Shown piece by piece: positions 36,403 through 46,109 of a stretch of 64,000 nucleotides of DNA. The notes beneath the pieces are model-generated. The model ran no database searches. It worked only from the letters and a program-made list of their open reading frames with translations, and was not told the origin of the DNA. Location of the stretch: the sequence record MT612989.1, one strand, 5' to 3'. Position 1 is the first letter of the stretch, and each line of letters begins with the position of its first letter. The translations under genes and the position numbers were made by a program.

Positions 36403-36463
36403 TTGTATTTTACCTTGTATTTTATAGTATGATATAGTATCGTATAGTGTGTTATTGTATTTT
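36403..36463 (-). promoter_or_regulatory. gp32 mRNA leader with short repeats (candidate autoregulatory operator)
   Basis: 3x ACTATA at 10-nt spacing and 3x AAAATACAA; G-poor. Confidence 0.5.
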
Positions 36464-37105
36464 ACTTTGATTTTTTATTTGAATAAACATTTCTTTAGCA
36501 AGAACTTCGTCGATTTTCAGCAACTTATCATATGCTAAAGCTCGTGTCTTGAACTCGTGCCAGAAGATATCGTCTCCGTAATCTTTGTCGATTACAGGTA
36601 CGAAGTTCAATAATCTATTCAGAATTACGAACGTCTCAATTGAGATAGTATTTCGTAACACGAGTTGCATTATAACGGGATGCCCTTCGCCTCTAAACAA
36701 ATCTTTGAATTTTTTATTCTCTCTATTTATAAGAGTAAAAATCGAAAGTAGTTCATTTTTGTAGTGTTGACTGTAAATTTCCATAAATCCCGTATGTTTC
36801 AACCAGAATTCATGAGCGTCAGCACCTGCAATCTCATAAGAAATCGCATTTGGGTTCGCTGCTAAGTTACTAACAAGCAACTGATAGCAATCATTCAATG
36901 TTAGCCGTTTGGCTAGCCGTTCAAAAAACACCTTATCTGAACGCTTCTCGAACGCAGATCTAGGTGTTTTCATTCCGAGTTTATACTTGGAGATGTCGTA
37001 CTTTCCGCCCATATGCGCCTTTACAGCACAATAAACACGAAATACGCTATACCCATTGACCCAAGTCCGAGGCAGAACCAAATCGACTTCTAATAGTCTT
37101 TTCAT
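36452..37105 (-). CDS. 59: helicase loader gp59
   Basis: NGYSVFRVY..VK.HM.GKYD..KY, FEKRSDK.FFE.LA. Confidence 0.93.
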   Translation of the reverse strand: MKRLLEVDLVLPRTWVNGYSVFRVYCAVKAHMGGKYDISKYKLGMKTPRSAFEKRSDKVFFERLAKRLTLNDCYQLLVSNLAANPNAISYEIAGADAHEFWLKHTGFMEIYSQHYKNELLSIFTLINRENKKFKDLFRGEGHPVIMQLVLRNTISIETFVILNRLLNFVPVIDKDYGDDIFWHEFKTRALAYDKLLKIDEVLAKEMFIQIKNQSKIQ

Positions 37106-37355
37106 TTATCGCCTCAGTCTCAATTTTGTCTTTCAACGTCTGATTAATCAGATACGGGAAGCGACTAATGTCGTAATCGTATTGCTCAATGAAGAACAGA
37201 CACGCTTCAAGATAGGTCATGGCGGGACAGCTATTATAAATCTCTTCAATTTCTAGAGAGATTTGCTGTCTAAGACTGCCTTTAATAGGCGGAACTAAAT
37301 CACCAAGCTCTTCTTTTAAAACGTAGTTGTCTTTATTCATCATCTGCATCGTCAA
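37047..37355 (-). CDS. 33: late transcription coactivator gp33
   Basis: IE......TYLEA...FIE; position between dsbA and 59. Confidence 0.8.
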   Translation of the reverse strand: MTMQMMNKDNYVLKEELGDLVPPIKGSLRQQISLEIEEIYNSCPAMTYLEACLFFIEQYDYDISRFPYLINQTLKDKIETEAINEKTIRSRFGSASDLGQWV

Positions 37356-37614
37356 AAAGCTTCTCGTATAGATTGTCTACCTTTTCATACTTCGCCTGTT
37401 CTTCTTGGCGGTTTTGTTTGTGATACATCTTCACAACTTTGTTGAAATCGGCAGGTTTGATTTCGAACTCTTCTTTTGCGCGATTCGCAATGTCTTTCAT
37501 TAGATCGCGTTCAGAATCAATGCGCAACATGGAAGCAGACGCTTCTTTAACCATGTTAACTACTTCTTGCTTATCTTGCGGAGTAGAGATTGTTTCGTAT
37601 TCAAGAATGTCCAT
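37333..37614 (-). CDS. dsbA: dsDNA-binding protein DsbA (T4 type)
   Basis: MKDIANRAKEEFEI....FNKVVKMYHKQ. Confidence 0.9.
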   Translation of the reverse strand: MDILEYETISTPQDKQEVVNMVKEASASMLRIDSERDLMKDIANRAKEEFEIKPADFNKVVKMYHKQNRQEEQAKYEKVDNLYEKLFDDADDE

Positions 37615-37660
37615 CGTTACCTCAATATGTTTTGTTCAATGTCGTTGTTTCGTGCTGCTC

Positions 37661-37690
37661 ATTATACAGCAGCACATGTTGTTCTAAACA
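37661..37690 (-). promoter_or_regulatory. TGTTTA-class promoter for dsbA-33-59-32
   Basis: GTTTAG-N17-TATAAT. Confidence 0.65.
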
Positions 37691-37696
37691 ATTTTT

Positions 37697-38629
37697 TTAG
37701 AATTCGCTCATGCTTTCAATAAGCTTATCTAACTTCTTAGAAGCAAAATACATCATGATTTTACTTCTAGGCGCTGGCTTCTGCGCTTCAAACTGTTCGA
37801 TTATGCTATCACTGATATTCTTAGGAATAAACGCAAAATCTAACAATTTTCTGTTTTCTTCATAACGAGCAAATTGCTCTTCAGTTAAGAGCTTTTTAAG
37901 CTCATCTGGCGTTGATGTCATTAGCGTGCGCAACTCTTCTTTGCGAACAGATGGTGCACGACGACCATCGCCATGTGTGTAGTGATCATTCGGCGCTTTC
38001 AACGGTGCAATACCGTCTTTTTTATCGCCTTTTATGCATTTAAACATGATGTCCATTTCTGGTGAACCATGCTTCGGCTTGACCCATTTCTTCTGAATCG
38101 GAGACCATTGACGTACAAGCTTGCTTGTGTGTAACTGAGTAAAGTCACCATCTGAAGAAGTAATCAAAACTGGAACGTTTTTACTCACGTAATAATTAGT
38201 CAAAACACCAATATGGTCATCGGCTTCAACGCCTTCAATGTCCATTACGTAATACGGCATGTTTTCTTTGATTTCTTCTTTAATCTGCGCCATTGCATTG
38301 AAAATCGTTTCGAAATCCCAGCCAGAGTCATCACGCTGCTCACTACGTTTGTATTTGTAGTACCAAGCTTCTTTCTTGCGCCAATAACCGCCTTTACCGT
38401 TATCAATACACAAGATAATACGCGGGTATTTGAGTTTGTTCTTTAGCACGTTACTACGTAGCGTGTTAAGAACGATATGACGAATCAAATCAACTGTTAG
38501 TAGATCAGTCGGTTTGTATGTTGCCATGATTGTACTCAAGACAATCTGACTGAAGTCAACGAGATTAACACCCGCTGGCATACCATCAAACGATTTTGTC
38601 TTTCGCTTGAAGAACCCCTCTAAACTCAT
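37697..38629 (-). CDS. rnh: RNase H (5'-3' exonuclease/flap family)
   Basis: LVDFSQI, YWRKK..YYK.KR, EADDHIG, SSDGDFTQL, KGDKKDGI. Confidence 0.95.
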   Translation of the reverse strand: MSLEGFFKRKTKSFDGMPAGVNLVDFSQIVLSTIMATYKPTDLLTVDLIRHIVLNTLRSNVLKNKLKYPRIILCIDNGKGGYWRKKEAWYYKYKRSEQRDDSGWDFETIFNAMAQIKEEIKENMPYYVMDIEGVEADDHIGVLTNYYVSKNVPVLITSSDGDFTQLHTSKLVRQWSPIQKKWVKPKHGSPEMDIMFKCIKGDKKDGIAPLKAPNDHYTHGDGRRAPSVRKEELRTLMTSTPDELKKLLTEEQFARYEENRKLLDFAFIPKNISDSIIEQFEAQKPAPRSKIMMYFASKKLDKLIESMSEF

Positions 38630-38659
38630 GTGTCGTTTCCTATATGTTTATATCGTGTG

Positions 38660-38667
38660 TCTAAATA
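38660..38667 (+). promoter_or_regulatory. late promoter variant TCTAAATA for gp34
   Basis: 40 nt upstream of ATG 38708. Confidence 0.7.
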
Positions 38668-38707
38668 TATCATAGCGAATTGCATATCTAAACAAAGGAG
38701 CAATGAA

Positions 38708-41700
38708 ATGTCAGAATTCCGCAGAGCATTTCGTGCGTCAGGTCTTGATGCAAGTGGTCAGAATGTCATTAACGTAGCAGACCCACGAGCAAATGAATTG
38801 TTCGACGGTATTAACCAAGGCTACTTTATTGAAGAGAACACTGTTCAAGAGTATGACCCAACACGAGATCACTATAAAGTAGACTTTATCGTTGAGTTCA
38901 ATCAACGTCTATACAAAAACATTACCGAAATCAATGCACCTGAACCTTTTGACTCGCAGAAGTGGCAGAAAATGCGTACCGACCCTGAATGGGAAGATAC
39001 TGATTCATCGGTAGGCGCAAACGTCGGTGACTTCTTGTTGTTAACAGCAAGCTCGGCAATCACTATTACACTGCCTGAAACACCATTAACAGGTGACACA
39101 GTTACAATCAAAGACGGTAAAGGCGTTCTTACAACTTACCCTTGTACGATTGCAGCAGCGGGCGGCTTGACGATTCAACATTACGGCATTGACGGTTCAA
39201 TTGAGTCTAAACCGAGTATTTCATTCAATACCCCTAACAGCACTATATTCTTAGTGTACAACGGTATTGCATGGACATATCAGATCAATCAAGAGTTATA
39301 CAATACGTATATTGACGACAGTCACCCAACTCAACAGGGTGGGTACTTATCAACTGGTGGTTATTTCACTAACGTTGGCGAGACAGTCACATATGACGGT
39401 TCAGTTAAGAAAATTGCAATTTCTGTACCACTGAACCCGAACGTGGGCGATACAATTCATCTTAAAGATGTTGCGTATCTTGAGAATCAAACGTCGATTC
39501 AAATCGGTGTGAACCCGACTGCTACGGGTCAGGTTATTCAAGACCCTATTTCAGGCGAACGTAGTTCTGTTATCAGTCTTGATACTATCGGCGGCGCTGA
39601 TATCACATTTATCGATGATAACGGTACTGGCGTATGGGTAATCACAATCGCGAACAACCCGCATTTATGGAACTATGTCGGTGATTCAAGCGCGGTTGAA
39701 TTGAAGCCTCGTTCTCGTTACGCTATCGAAATCGCAGATGCTGTTCCTGCAATGACGATCACACTACCAGAAAAACCAGCAGATGGTGACTGGATTGAGA
39801 TCTCACACAACAAAACAGCTCATAAGAAAGTAACGATTCAAGTTCACCCGAATTTCGGTGATGATGACCCAGGTCACGGCCCCGATGAATACAAAGTATT
39901 CTTGGACTTTGAAACATATCGTTATCAAAAATACCGTCATTACGTTGATTTCGTTCCATTCTTCGTTGAATCATTCGAAATTAGTGATTATGACAGCGGT
40001 TATTCACTAGTTCTATACTACGACGCGAGTCGTAAAGTATGGTCGTTCGGTAACATCGCGACTCGTATCGATATCGCTGATGAACTATACCGTAAACGCC
40101 CGGGTATCGTGCCATTAGCTGACCCAACGGAAGCTCTAGCACACGGGATTGAATATGCGCACCCTGAAGATGCAGCAGACCCTTGGGCTGATCAAAACCC
40201 ACTGAAAGACCACGTAATCACGGTAGAGACGCTTGACGCTCGTCGTGCAGGTGAACAGCAAGTTGGTATGGCTCGTGTTGCTACTCTTGGAACTGATGAA
40301 GCTCTTGAAGAATCGCGTTCTGGTACGTTTGTTCGTTACCCAGATACAAACTTCAGACATGATCTGTTCATAACACCACGTAGTTTGAATGCGCGTACAG
40401 CAACTGAAACACGTCGCGGTGTAGTTGAAATCGCAACTCAAAACGAGACGCGAAGCACAACTAACGATGTTCAAGTTCTAACACCGATGAAATTCCACGC
40501 TGCACAAGCTGAAGAAGATCTAACAGGTGTTGCAAAACTAGTCGAAGCGTCGAACAACATCAATGCTGGTGGTATTGTTACATCAACAGCGAATATGCGT
40601 TCAGACCGTTCAGTAAATGGTCTTGACAATACAGTATATGATAAAACTGATCATCTGCGTATCGTAACGCCAAAAATGCTTGATGAGTATCGTGCTACAG
40701 AGAATCAACCTGGTACATTATGGGTTGCTAAGAGCAGTGAACTTCGCATCAACGACTCAACAGTTGATAACGCGATCATCACGCCTAAGAAATTAGCAGC
40801 GTGGAAAGCAAGCTCAACGGTTCGTGGTATTGCTCGTTCTGCTACACAGTCTGAAGCAAATGCAACAACAGGAACTGGTGAATCGTGGACAACAGTCTTC
40901 ATCACACCAGAAACGTTGAATAGCAGAACAGCAACTGAATCACGTCGTGGTGTTGCGGAAATCGCAACTCAAACTGAAGTTGACTCAGGGACAGACGATA
41001 CTCGTATTGTTTCACCACTTAAACTGAAGACATGGCTTGATCGTGATCATTTCGTGACAGCAGGAACAGATGGTCTATCGCATACTGGTACAGTGTGGGG
41101 CGACGTTACATTCAGCATCGCGTCAGCGACTGAAACACAACGTGGTACACTACAAGTTGCGACTCAAGTAGAAGCGAATGCTCAAACTGGTGCGCTTGAT
41201 GATGTAATCATCACACCACAGAAGTTAAATGCGCGTCGTGCTACAGAAACGCAAACCGGTATCGTGCGTCTTGCGACTCAAGCTGAAGTCGAAGCAGCGA
41301 CAGCTAGTAATGAAATTGTTGTTACTCCGAGTGATTTGCTACACTGGACTCGTTACTCTGACAGCTCACGTGCAAATGAAAGTCGTTATGGTAACGTACA
41401 AATCGCAACACCAGCAGAAACATTTGTTGGTAACAGTACAGACGGTTCAACACAAGCGTATACGTCGTACTTGCGTGTTCCATATGCAGTTTCACCTTAC
41501 GGGTTGCACTATGCATTGCGTAACTACTTGCCACTAAACGCTAAAGCTGATGACTCAGAATTACTAGATGGCTTGAACAGTACACAATTTGCACGTCGTG
41601 ACATCGACCAAACAATCAATGGCACGTATACGTTTAGTGGCGAATTCGTGCAAACGAAAGGTGGCGGTTATTTCTTAGTTGCAAACCCAACGAACGACGC

Positions 41701-42415
41701 AGCGAGTGTAAAACTCGACTGGTTTAATGACGAACCTCGCATTCGTGTGGGCGGTAGTGGTAACGGGTCTTCTTCACCATTCTCAATCGCAGGGACAGGT
41801 GACACAACTCGATGGCAAGTAAACTCAACTGGTTATACGACTCAACCAGGTGGGGCATCGTTCGGTGATACAATATATGAAAATGAAGCGACTGCTAACG
41901 TTGATACAACATACGGGTCTTATTCGAGCCCGTCAAGCGGTTCACTTCGTCAGAAGTACTTGGGTATTAACAACGTAGCTAAAGCGTCTGAGAAGTGGGT
42001 TACAGCGCGTACAGTAACGTTCACCGGCGACTTGTCTGGTAACTTTACGTTAGATGGTAGCGGAAACGTTACTACAAACATTCAAGTTAATGATTACAGT
42101 CACGCTCACTCAGGTGAGAACATCACAACAGGTACAATTAACAATGATCGTCTGCGCAAATCAAGCCGCACAAATCAAGGTATTGTACAAGTAACAAGTG
42201 ACGTGCGTACAGCAGACCCAGTGAATGCTTCAGACCCACACCAAGCTCTATCGGCTGGTGCTGGTAAGACTCTATCTGAGCGTATCGACTTGTTCACGCC
42301 AGACGGTGGTACAGGTGAGAGCGTTAAATACAGAGACTACATTCAAGTTGGTTCTGTAAGAATGTCAACTAATAATCAAGGCGTGTTGGAGTTTACGTAC
42401 GGACACGCTATATAA
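38708..42415 (+). CDS. 34: long tail fibre proximal subunit gp34
   Basis: FRASGLDA.G..VINVA N-terminus; multiple ATETRRG..EIATQ.E repeats; AGGAG SD before ATG 38708. Confidence 0.93.
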   Translation: MSEFRRAFRASGLDASGQNVINVADPRANELFDGINQGYFIEENTVQEYDPTRDHYKVDFIVEFNQRLYKNITEINAPEPFDSQKWQKMRTDPEWEDTDSSVGANVGDFLLLTASSAITITLPETPLTGDTVTIKDGKGVLTTYPCTIAAAGGLTIQHYGIDGSIESKPSISFNTPNSTIFLVYNGIAWTYQINQELYNTYIDDSHPTQQGGYLSTGGYFTNVGETVTYDGSVKKIAISVPLNPNVGDTIHLKDVAYLENQTSIQIGVNPTATGQVIQDPISGERSSVISLDTIGGADITFIDDNGTGVWVITIANNPHLWNYVGDSSAVELKPRSRYAIEIADAVPAMTITLPEKPADGDWIEISHNKTAHKKVTIQVHPNFGDDDPGHGPDEYKVFLDFETYRYQKYRHYVDFVPFFVESFEISDYDSGYSLVLYYDASRKVWSFGNIATRIDIADELYRKRPGIVPLADPTEALAHGIEYAHPEDAADPWADQNPLKDHVITVETLDARRAGEQQVGMARVATLGTDEALEESRSGTFVRYPDTNFRHDLFITPRSLNARTATETRRGVVEIATQNETRSTTNDVQVLTPMKFHAAQAEEDLTGVAKLVEASNNINAGGIVTSTANMRSDRSVNGLDNTVYDKTDHLRIVTPKMLDEYRATENQPGTLWVAKSSELRINDSTVDNAIITPKKLAAWKASSTVRGIARSATQSEANATTGTGESWTTVFITPETLNSRTATESRRGVAEIATQTEVDSGTDDTRIVSPLKLKTWLDRDHFVTAGTDGLSHTGTVWGDVTFSIASATETQRGTLQVATQVEANAQTGALDDVIITPQKLNARRATETQTGIVRLATQAEVEAATASNEIVVTPSDLLHWTRYSDSSRANESRYGNVQIATPAETFVGNSTDGSTQAYTSYLRVPYAVSPYGLHYALRNYLPLNAKADDSELLDGLNSTQFARRDIDQTINGTYTFSGEFVQTKGGGYFLVANPTNDAASVKLDWFNDEPRIRVGGSGNGSSSPFSIAGTGDTTRWQVNSTGYTTQPGGASFGDTIYENEATANVDTTYGSYSSPSSGSLRQKYLGINNVAKASEKWVTARTVTFTGDLSGNFTLDGSGNVTTNIQVNDYSHAHSGENITTGTINNDRLRKSSRTNQGIVQVTSDVRTADPVNASDPHQALSAGAGKTLSERIDLFTPDGGTGESVKYRDYIQVGSVRMSTNNQGVLEFTYGHAI

Positions 42416-42423
42416 GGTGATTT

Positions 42424-45117
42424 ATGTACGAAAGACTTAAACGTGACGGCGATTGGCTATTAATCTTTCGCCATGATTCAACAGGAGGTGTGTTTTTCAC
42501 CTCCGATGCTGAAGCACGCAGCGTCGGGACAGATCCCGACGTTGAACAAAAATTCAGTGCGTTGAACTCACTTGAGGAATTTCGCCGTGAAGACGGCAAA
42601 TTCCAATTCAAGCTTCATTACCCAGAATTAGATGTAACAAACATTTGGAAGCAAAGTAGTAACTTTGCAGCTATTGATGTAGGTCAATATCTAACTAACG
42701 GTAACTTGGCTGGTGGCGAATACGTTACTGAGCAAAACGCAAAAATAGGTTCGTGGGTTATAGTTGAAAAAGAAAACCCAGGGTCGTCAAAATACGTTGT
42801 AGAACAACCAACTGCGGCACTCGAAGATCAATTGCGATTTCAAGTGCCACAATCGCGTTTAAAACCAAACAAAACATACACATTGTCATGTTGGGTTGGG
42901 TATGAAATAGACGCTGATCACGACACAGCAGCTATATTTCACGCTCGTTGGTATGACGGTTCCAATAATGATTATACATTAGGCGAACATACTGCGGGTG
43001 ACGTGTTCGAATCAGCAGGAAACGAAATAATAGTTGACGGGATTCTTTGGAAACGTCACTATGCTCGTTTCACAACGCCTAGTACTCTTTCATCAAGTAG
43101 CATGTACTGGTATTGTTGTTATACAACTGATACAGGTAAATTACCAACAGGTAAGCGTTGGCTTACAAACTTCATGATCACAGACTCGCAAATCGTCAAA
43201 AACTATACTGGCGATTACGACGCTACAACTCGCGGCGTTAGAGGCTATGAACCGATTTACATCGAAAGCACTGCAAATGATTGGGGTGGAATAGAATATA
43301 GTGTTTCAGCCAGTACGTTAGCAGACGGTTCAGTTGACATATCAAATTGGTATTGGGCTATCGGTGCGAAACGTTCTTGGCCAGACGGGGCTACTACATT
43401 CCCGGGACCGGGTATAAACGTCAATCAAGCTGAATTGTGGGTATATGCTCCTGTTGGTTCTAGAATCGGTGAATATGAAGTGTCAGCTAGGCATATCAGA
43501 GATTTTTCAAACAATAATATCAGACTGTTAGCAACAGGTGTCGCGAACGGAAGTTCAAACCTAGCATCATGTTATATAAACGATGTTAGCGTATTTACAC
43601 CCGAAGCTAAACAACAATATCAAGTTCGTTTGATTATATTCAACGACGATATGACAGTCAAAACTAATAGAAAATATCTTCTGAGTAGTTCAACAGAACG
43701 TAGCAACTTCATCAACGGTCTGAACGGGTTGACAACAGAGCCGTTTGTTATTTTATCAAATGGGTCAATGTACGCAGATTCTGCGGTAGATGCTGCAATT
43801 CAACAGTATCACCCGATTGAGTATCGCGGTAGCTCTTACTTCAGTCAATACAGTTATAGTTACTGTGCATTCGGGACAGGTCAATTAGGTATTGTATATG
43901 ATCGTTGTATGTTCGACCATGAATCTGACGGTGACAGTGTTGTTGATACTGCATTCGAAGATAAAGCAGGGATTGGTTCAAACGGGTACGGAATTCCTTT
44001 ACTCGAAACAATGACTGTTCCTACTGATAAACGTTATCTTCTTTCAGATTATGGTGTAATCGACGGACAGTACTTGATTTACAAAGCTCGTGCATGTATT
44101 GATCGAAATTCAGCAATCGCGAATGCAGACAAAATGGCGAATCTTCGATTCTACAACGTAGTTGGCGATGAAGTAGGCAGACAGAATATTCATTTTTACA
44201 GTGCAGAGAAAAAAGAAACTCAAGAATTTTTCGTACAAGTACCAACAGGTGCAGTTAAATTTGGAGTTTGGTCTGACTTACAACCAGAGTACTTTGATTA
44301 CGTCATATTGACTAAAGGCGGAATGTCAACCCCGAGTGGTATACCTCATATGATTTCGAACATAAACGGTATCGCTGCTCAAGAGATTGTCAATTCACCG
44401 ATTACAGGTAACGTAGTTGATGACGATAGCTGGTGGCGAGCATATAACGCAGATTCAAACTTGTATGCAGGTATTAATATGCCAGTACAAGAAATTGACA
44501 ACGTTCAATGGGGTAATTATGTACTTTCAGGCGGTGAAAAGTGTTTCACACGTACAGCAGGCTCATCATCTCCAATTGAAATGCAAGAAGTATCAATCGA
44601 TCCATCTCGACCGTATTTCCTATCATTGTGGGTTAATGCTATCGACAAACAAAATAGCTTCTTATACTTCAGTGTACGAGTCAAAAATTCAACAGGTGAT
44701 TATAGAACTCTGAGATTGTCAGACGGTAGCAGAACATCTACATATATCAATATTGATAGAGTGTATGGGTTCCCTGCATCAAATAATCAGTGGATATTGC
44801 TACAAGGGTATATTTTACCACACGATTGGACTGATGCACAACATCAAGCGTTTGCTGATAAGTTTAACAACTATTTCGGTGTTATAAACCCTGAAGATGA
44901 TCCAAGTTACCAAACGTCAAAGGGTGTTGGTTACTATACAACAGATGCAGACAAGTCATTTAGATGGAATAGTGATGATGATAAGTTGATACTTCGATAT
45001 AAAGACGAAACAGCCGTTGAGAATCAAGTAATGTGGGCTTTCCCAATTGTTACTGAAGTCAATGTTGCTAGTTCGTTTGAAGACAACTTCACTGCAATCG
45101 ACTTTGCAATGAAATAA
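42424..45117 (+). CDS. 35: tail fibre hinge/distal connector gp35-like, multi-lectin-domain
   Basis: directly after gp34; fibrinogen-like domain with an insertion, ILEI/GG-like domain. Confidence 0.7.
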   Translation: MYERLKRDGDWLLIFRHDSTGGVFFTSDAEARSVGTDPDVEQKFSALNSLEEFRREDGKFQFKLHYPELDVTNIWKQSSNFAAIDVGQYLTNGNLAGGEYVTEQNAKIGSWVIVEKENPGSSKYVVEQPTAALEDQLRFQVPQSRLKPNKTYTLSCWVGYEIDADHDTAAIFHARWYDGSNNDYTLGEHTAGDVFESAGNEIIVDGILWKRHYARFTTPSTLSSSSMYWYCCYTTDTGKLPTGKRWLTNFMITDSQIVKNYTGDYDATTRGVRGYEPIYIESTANDWGGIEYSVSASTLADGSVDISNWYWAIGAKRSWPDGATTFPGPGINVNQAELWVYAPVGSRIGEYEVSARHIRDFSNNNIRLLATGVANGSSNLASCYINDVSVFTPEAKQQYQVRLIIFNDDMTVKTNRKYLLSSSTERSNFINGLNGLTTEPFVILSNGSMYADSAVDAAIQQYHPIEYRGSSYFSQYSYSYCAFGTGQLGIVYDRCMFDHESDGDSVVDTAFEDKAGIGSNGYGIPLLETMTVPTDKRYLLSDYGVIDGQYLIYKARACIDRNSAIANADKMANLRFYNVVGDEVGRQNIHFYSAEKKETQEFFVQVPTGAVKFGVWSDLQPEYFDYVILTKGGMSTPSGIPHMISNINGIAAQEIVNSPITGNVVDDDSWWRAYNADSNLYAGINMPVQEIDNVQWGNYVLSGGEKCFTRTAGSSSPIEMQEVSIDPSRPYFLSLWVNAIDKQNSFLYFSVRVKNSTGDYRTLRLSDGSRTSTYINIDRVYGFPASNNQWILLQGYILPHDWTDAQHQAFADKFNNYFGVINPEDDPSYQTSKGVGYYTTDADKSFRWNSDDDKLILRYKDETAVENQVMWAFPIVTEVNVASSFEDNFTAIDFAMK

Positions 45118-45140
45118 AAGAGCCCTTCGGGGCTTTTTTT
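45118..45140 (+). terminator. intrinsic terminator
   Basis: AGCCC-TTCG-GGGCT followed by a U tract. Confidence 0.9.
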
Positions 45141-45165
45141 ATACGCGAAGCGAAAACGGTAAGAG

Positions 45166-45236
45166 GCGGAAAAATTCCGTCTCATCTTAGTAGTATTAGT
45201 GCTTTTAGTGATATTAGAAGTATTAGAGGGATTAGT
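45166..45236 (+). repeat. 61-bp dispersed repeat copy 2, extended to six 9-bp-spaced TTAG units
   Basis: TTAGTAGTA TTAGTGCTT TTAGTGATA TTAGAAGTA TTAGAGGGA TTAGTG. Confidence 0.95.
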
Positions 45237-45266
45237 GTTTAAGCAACCAATGATGAAATGTATACT
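45236..45266 (+). promoter_or_regulatory. TGTTTA-class promoter for uvsY
   Basis: GTTTAA-N18-TATACT. Confidence 0.65.
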
Positions 45267-45284
45267 TGATGACGCGAGGTTATT

Positions 45285-45698
45285 ATGAAGCTACAAGATT
45301 TAAAAATTGAATATCACGAAGACGTGAAAATTGACACAACTGCTTTAGAAACAGCAGCTATTCGAATTCCCGTTCTTCATGCGAAGTGGCTTGCATACCG
45401 AGCCGATGCAAGACAACTACTTATCAAAGCTGAAATGAAAATGGAAGCTGTGAGAAAAGACCGCTGGCTCTTTTATAGCGGCAAACATGACGATGAAGTT
45501 TGTGATTTCATCGTAGAAAAGAGTGAAATGAAATATGCTCTTGCGGGTGATGAATATCTTCAACGTGCAATTGCTACTTTTCAACACATGAAAGATGTGT
45601 TATCATTCATCGAAGAAGCTTTGAAAGGCATTAGTCAAATGGGCTTCACAATCAAACACATTATTGACAACAGAAAAATTGAGAGTGGTATAGTATGA
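45285..45698 (+). CDS. uvsY: recombination mediator UvsY
   Basis: D.KID.T.L, LHAKWL, R..YSGK, EKSEMK..LAGD. Confidence 0.92.
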   Translation: MKLQDLKIEYHEDVKIDTTALETAAIRIPVLHAKWLAYRADARQLLIKAEMKMEAVRKDRWLFYSGKHDDEVCDFIVEKSEMKYALAGDEYLQRAIATFQHMKDVLSFIEEALKGISQMGFTIKHIIDNRKIESGIV

Positions 45699-46108
45699 TC
45701 ATCGAAACAATTAAAACAACACGCCTACAAGCTCGTAAAGACCGTAACAACGCAGTTGCGTCTGTACTCGGTGTCATTATGGGTGAACTTGACCGTCGTC
45801 AAAAACACGATGATGAGTCTTGCATCAAAGTAATCTCAAGCGCGATTGACAACAACAAACTTGCTCTTGAACACGCACAAGGCGACCATGTAGACATTCT
45901 GAACGCAGAAAACGCAGTTCTTGAGTCTCTACTACCTGCAAAAATCTCTGAATCAGATCTAGACACGTTCGTTTCTAACTTTGTTCTAGAAACTGGTGCT
46001 GATTCTATGCGTGACATGGGTAAACTAATGGGCGCTCTAAAAGCTACAGGTAAAGTTTTCGATGGTGGTAAAGCGTCTCAGTTGTTCAAACTAGCAATCG
46101 GTCTGTAA
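45695..46108 (+). CDS. GatB/YqeY-domain protein
   Basis: LQARKDR, E..VLESLLP, MRDMGKLMGALK, DG.KAS. Confidence 0.85.
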   Translation: MIIETIKTTRLQARKDRNNAVASVLGVIMGELDRRQKHDDESCIKVISSAIDNNKLALEHAQGDHVDILNAENAVLESLLPAKISESDLDTFVSNFVLETGADSMRDMGKLMGALKATGKVFDGGKASQLFKLAIGL

Positions 46109-46109
46109 T

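Noticed and set aside
38630-38707. N-terminal extension of gp34 in the ORF track
   Set aside because: It overlaps the late promoter; the AGGAG SD and the homology start point to ATG 38708.
40200-41450. Repeats in gp34 as a CRISPR array or novel repeat
   Set aside because: They are protein-level ATET.RG..EIATQ.E repeats typical of gp34, degenerate at the DNA level.
45166-45236. TTAG array as a mini-CRISPR
   Set aside because: The units are 4-bp cores with 5-bp gaps, with no 20-40 nt repeats or spacers and no cas genes.
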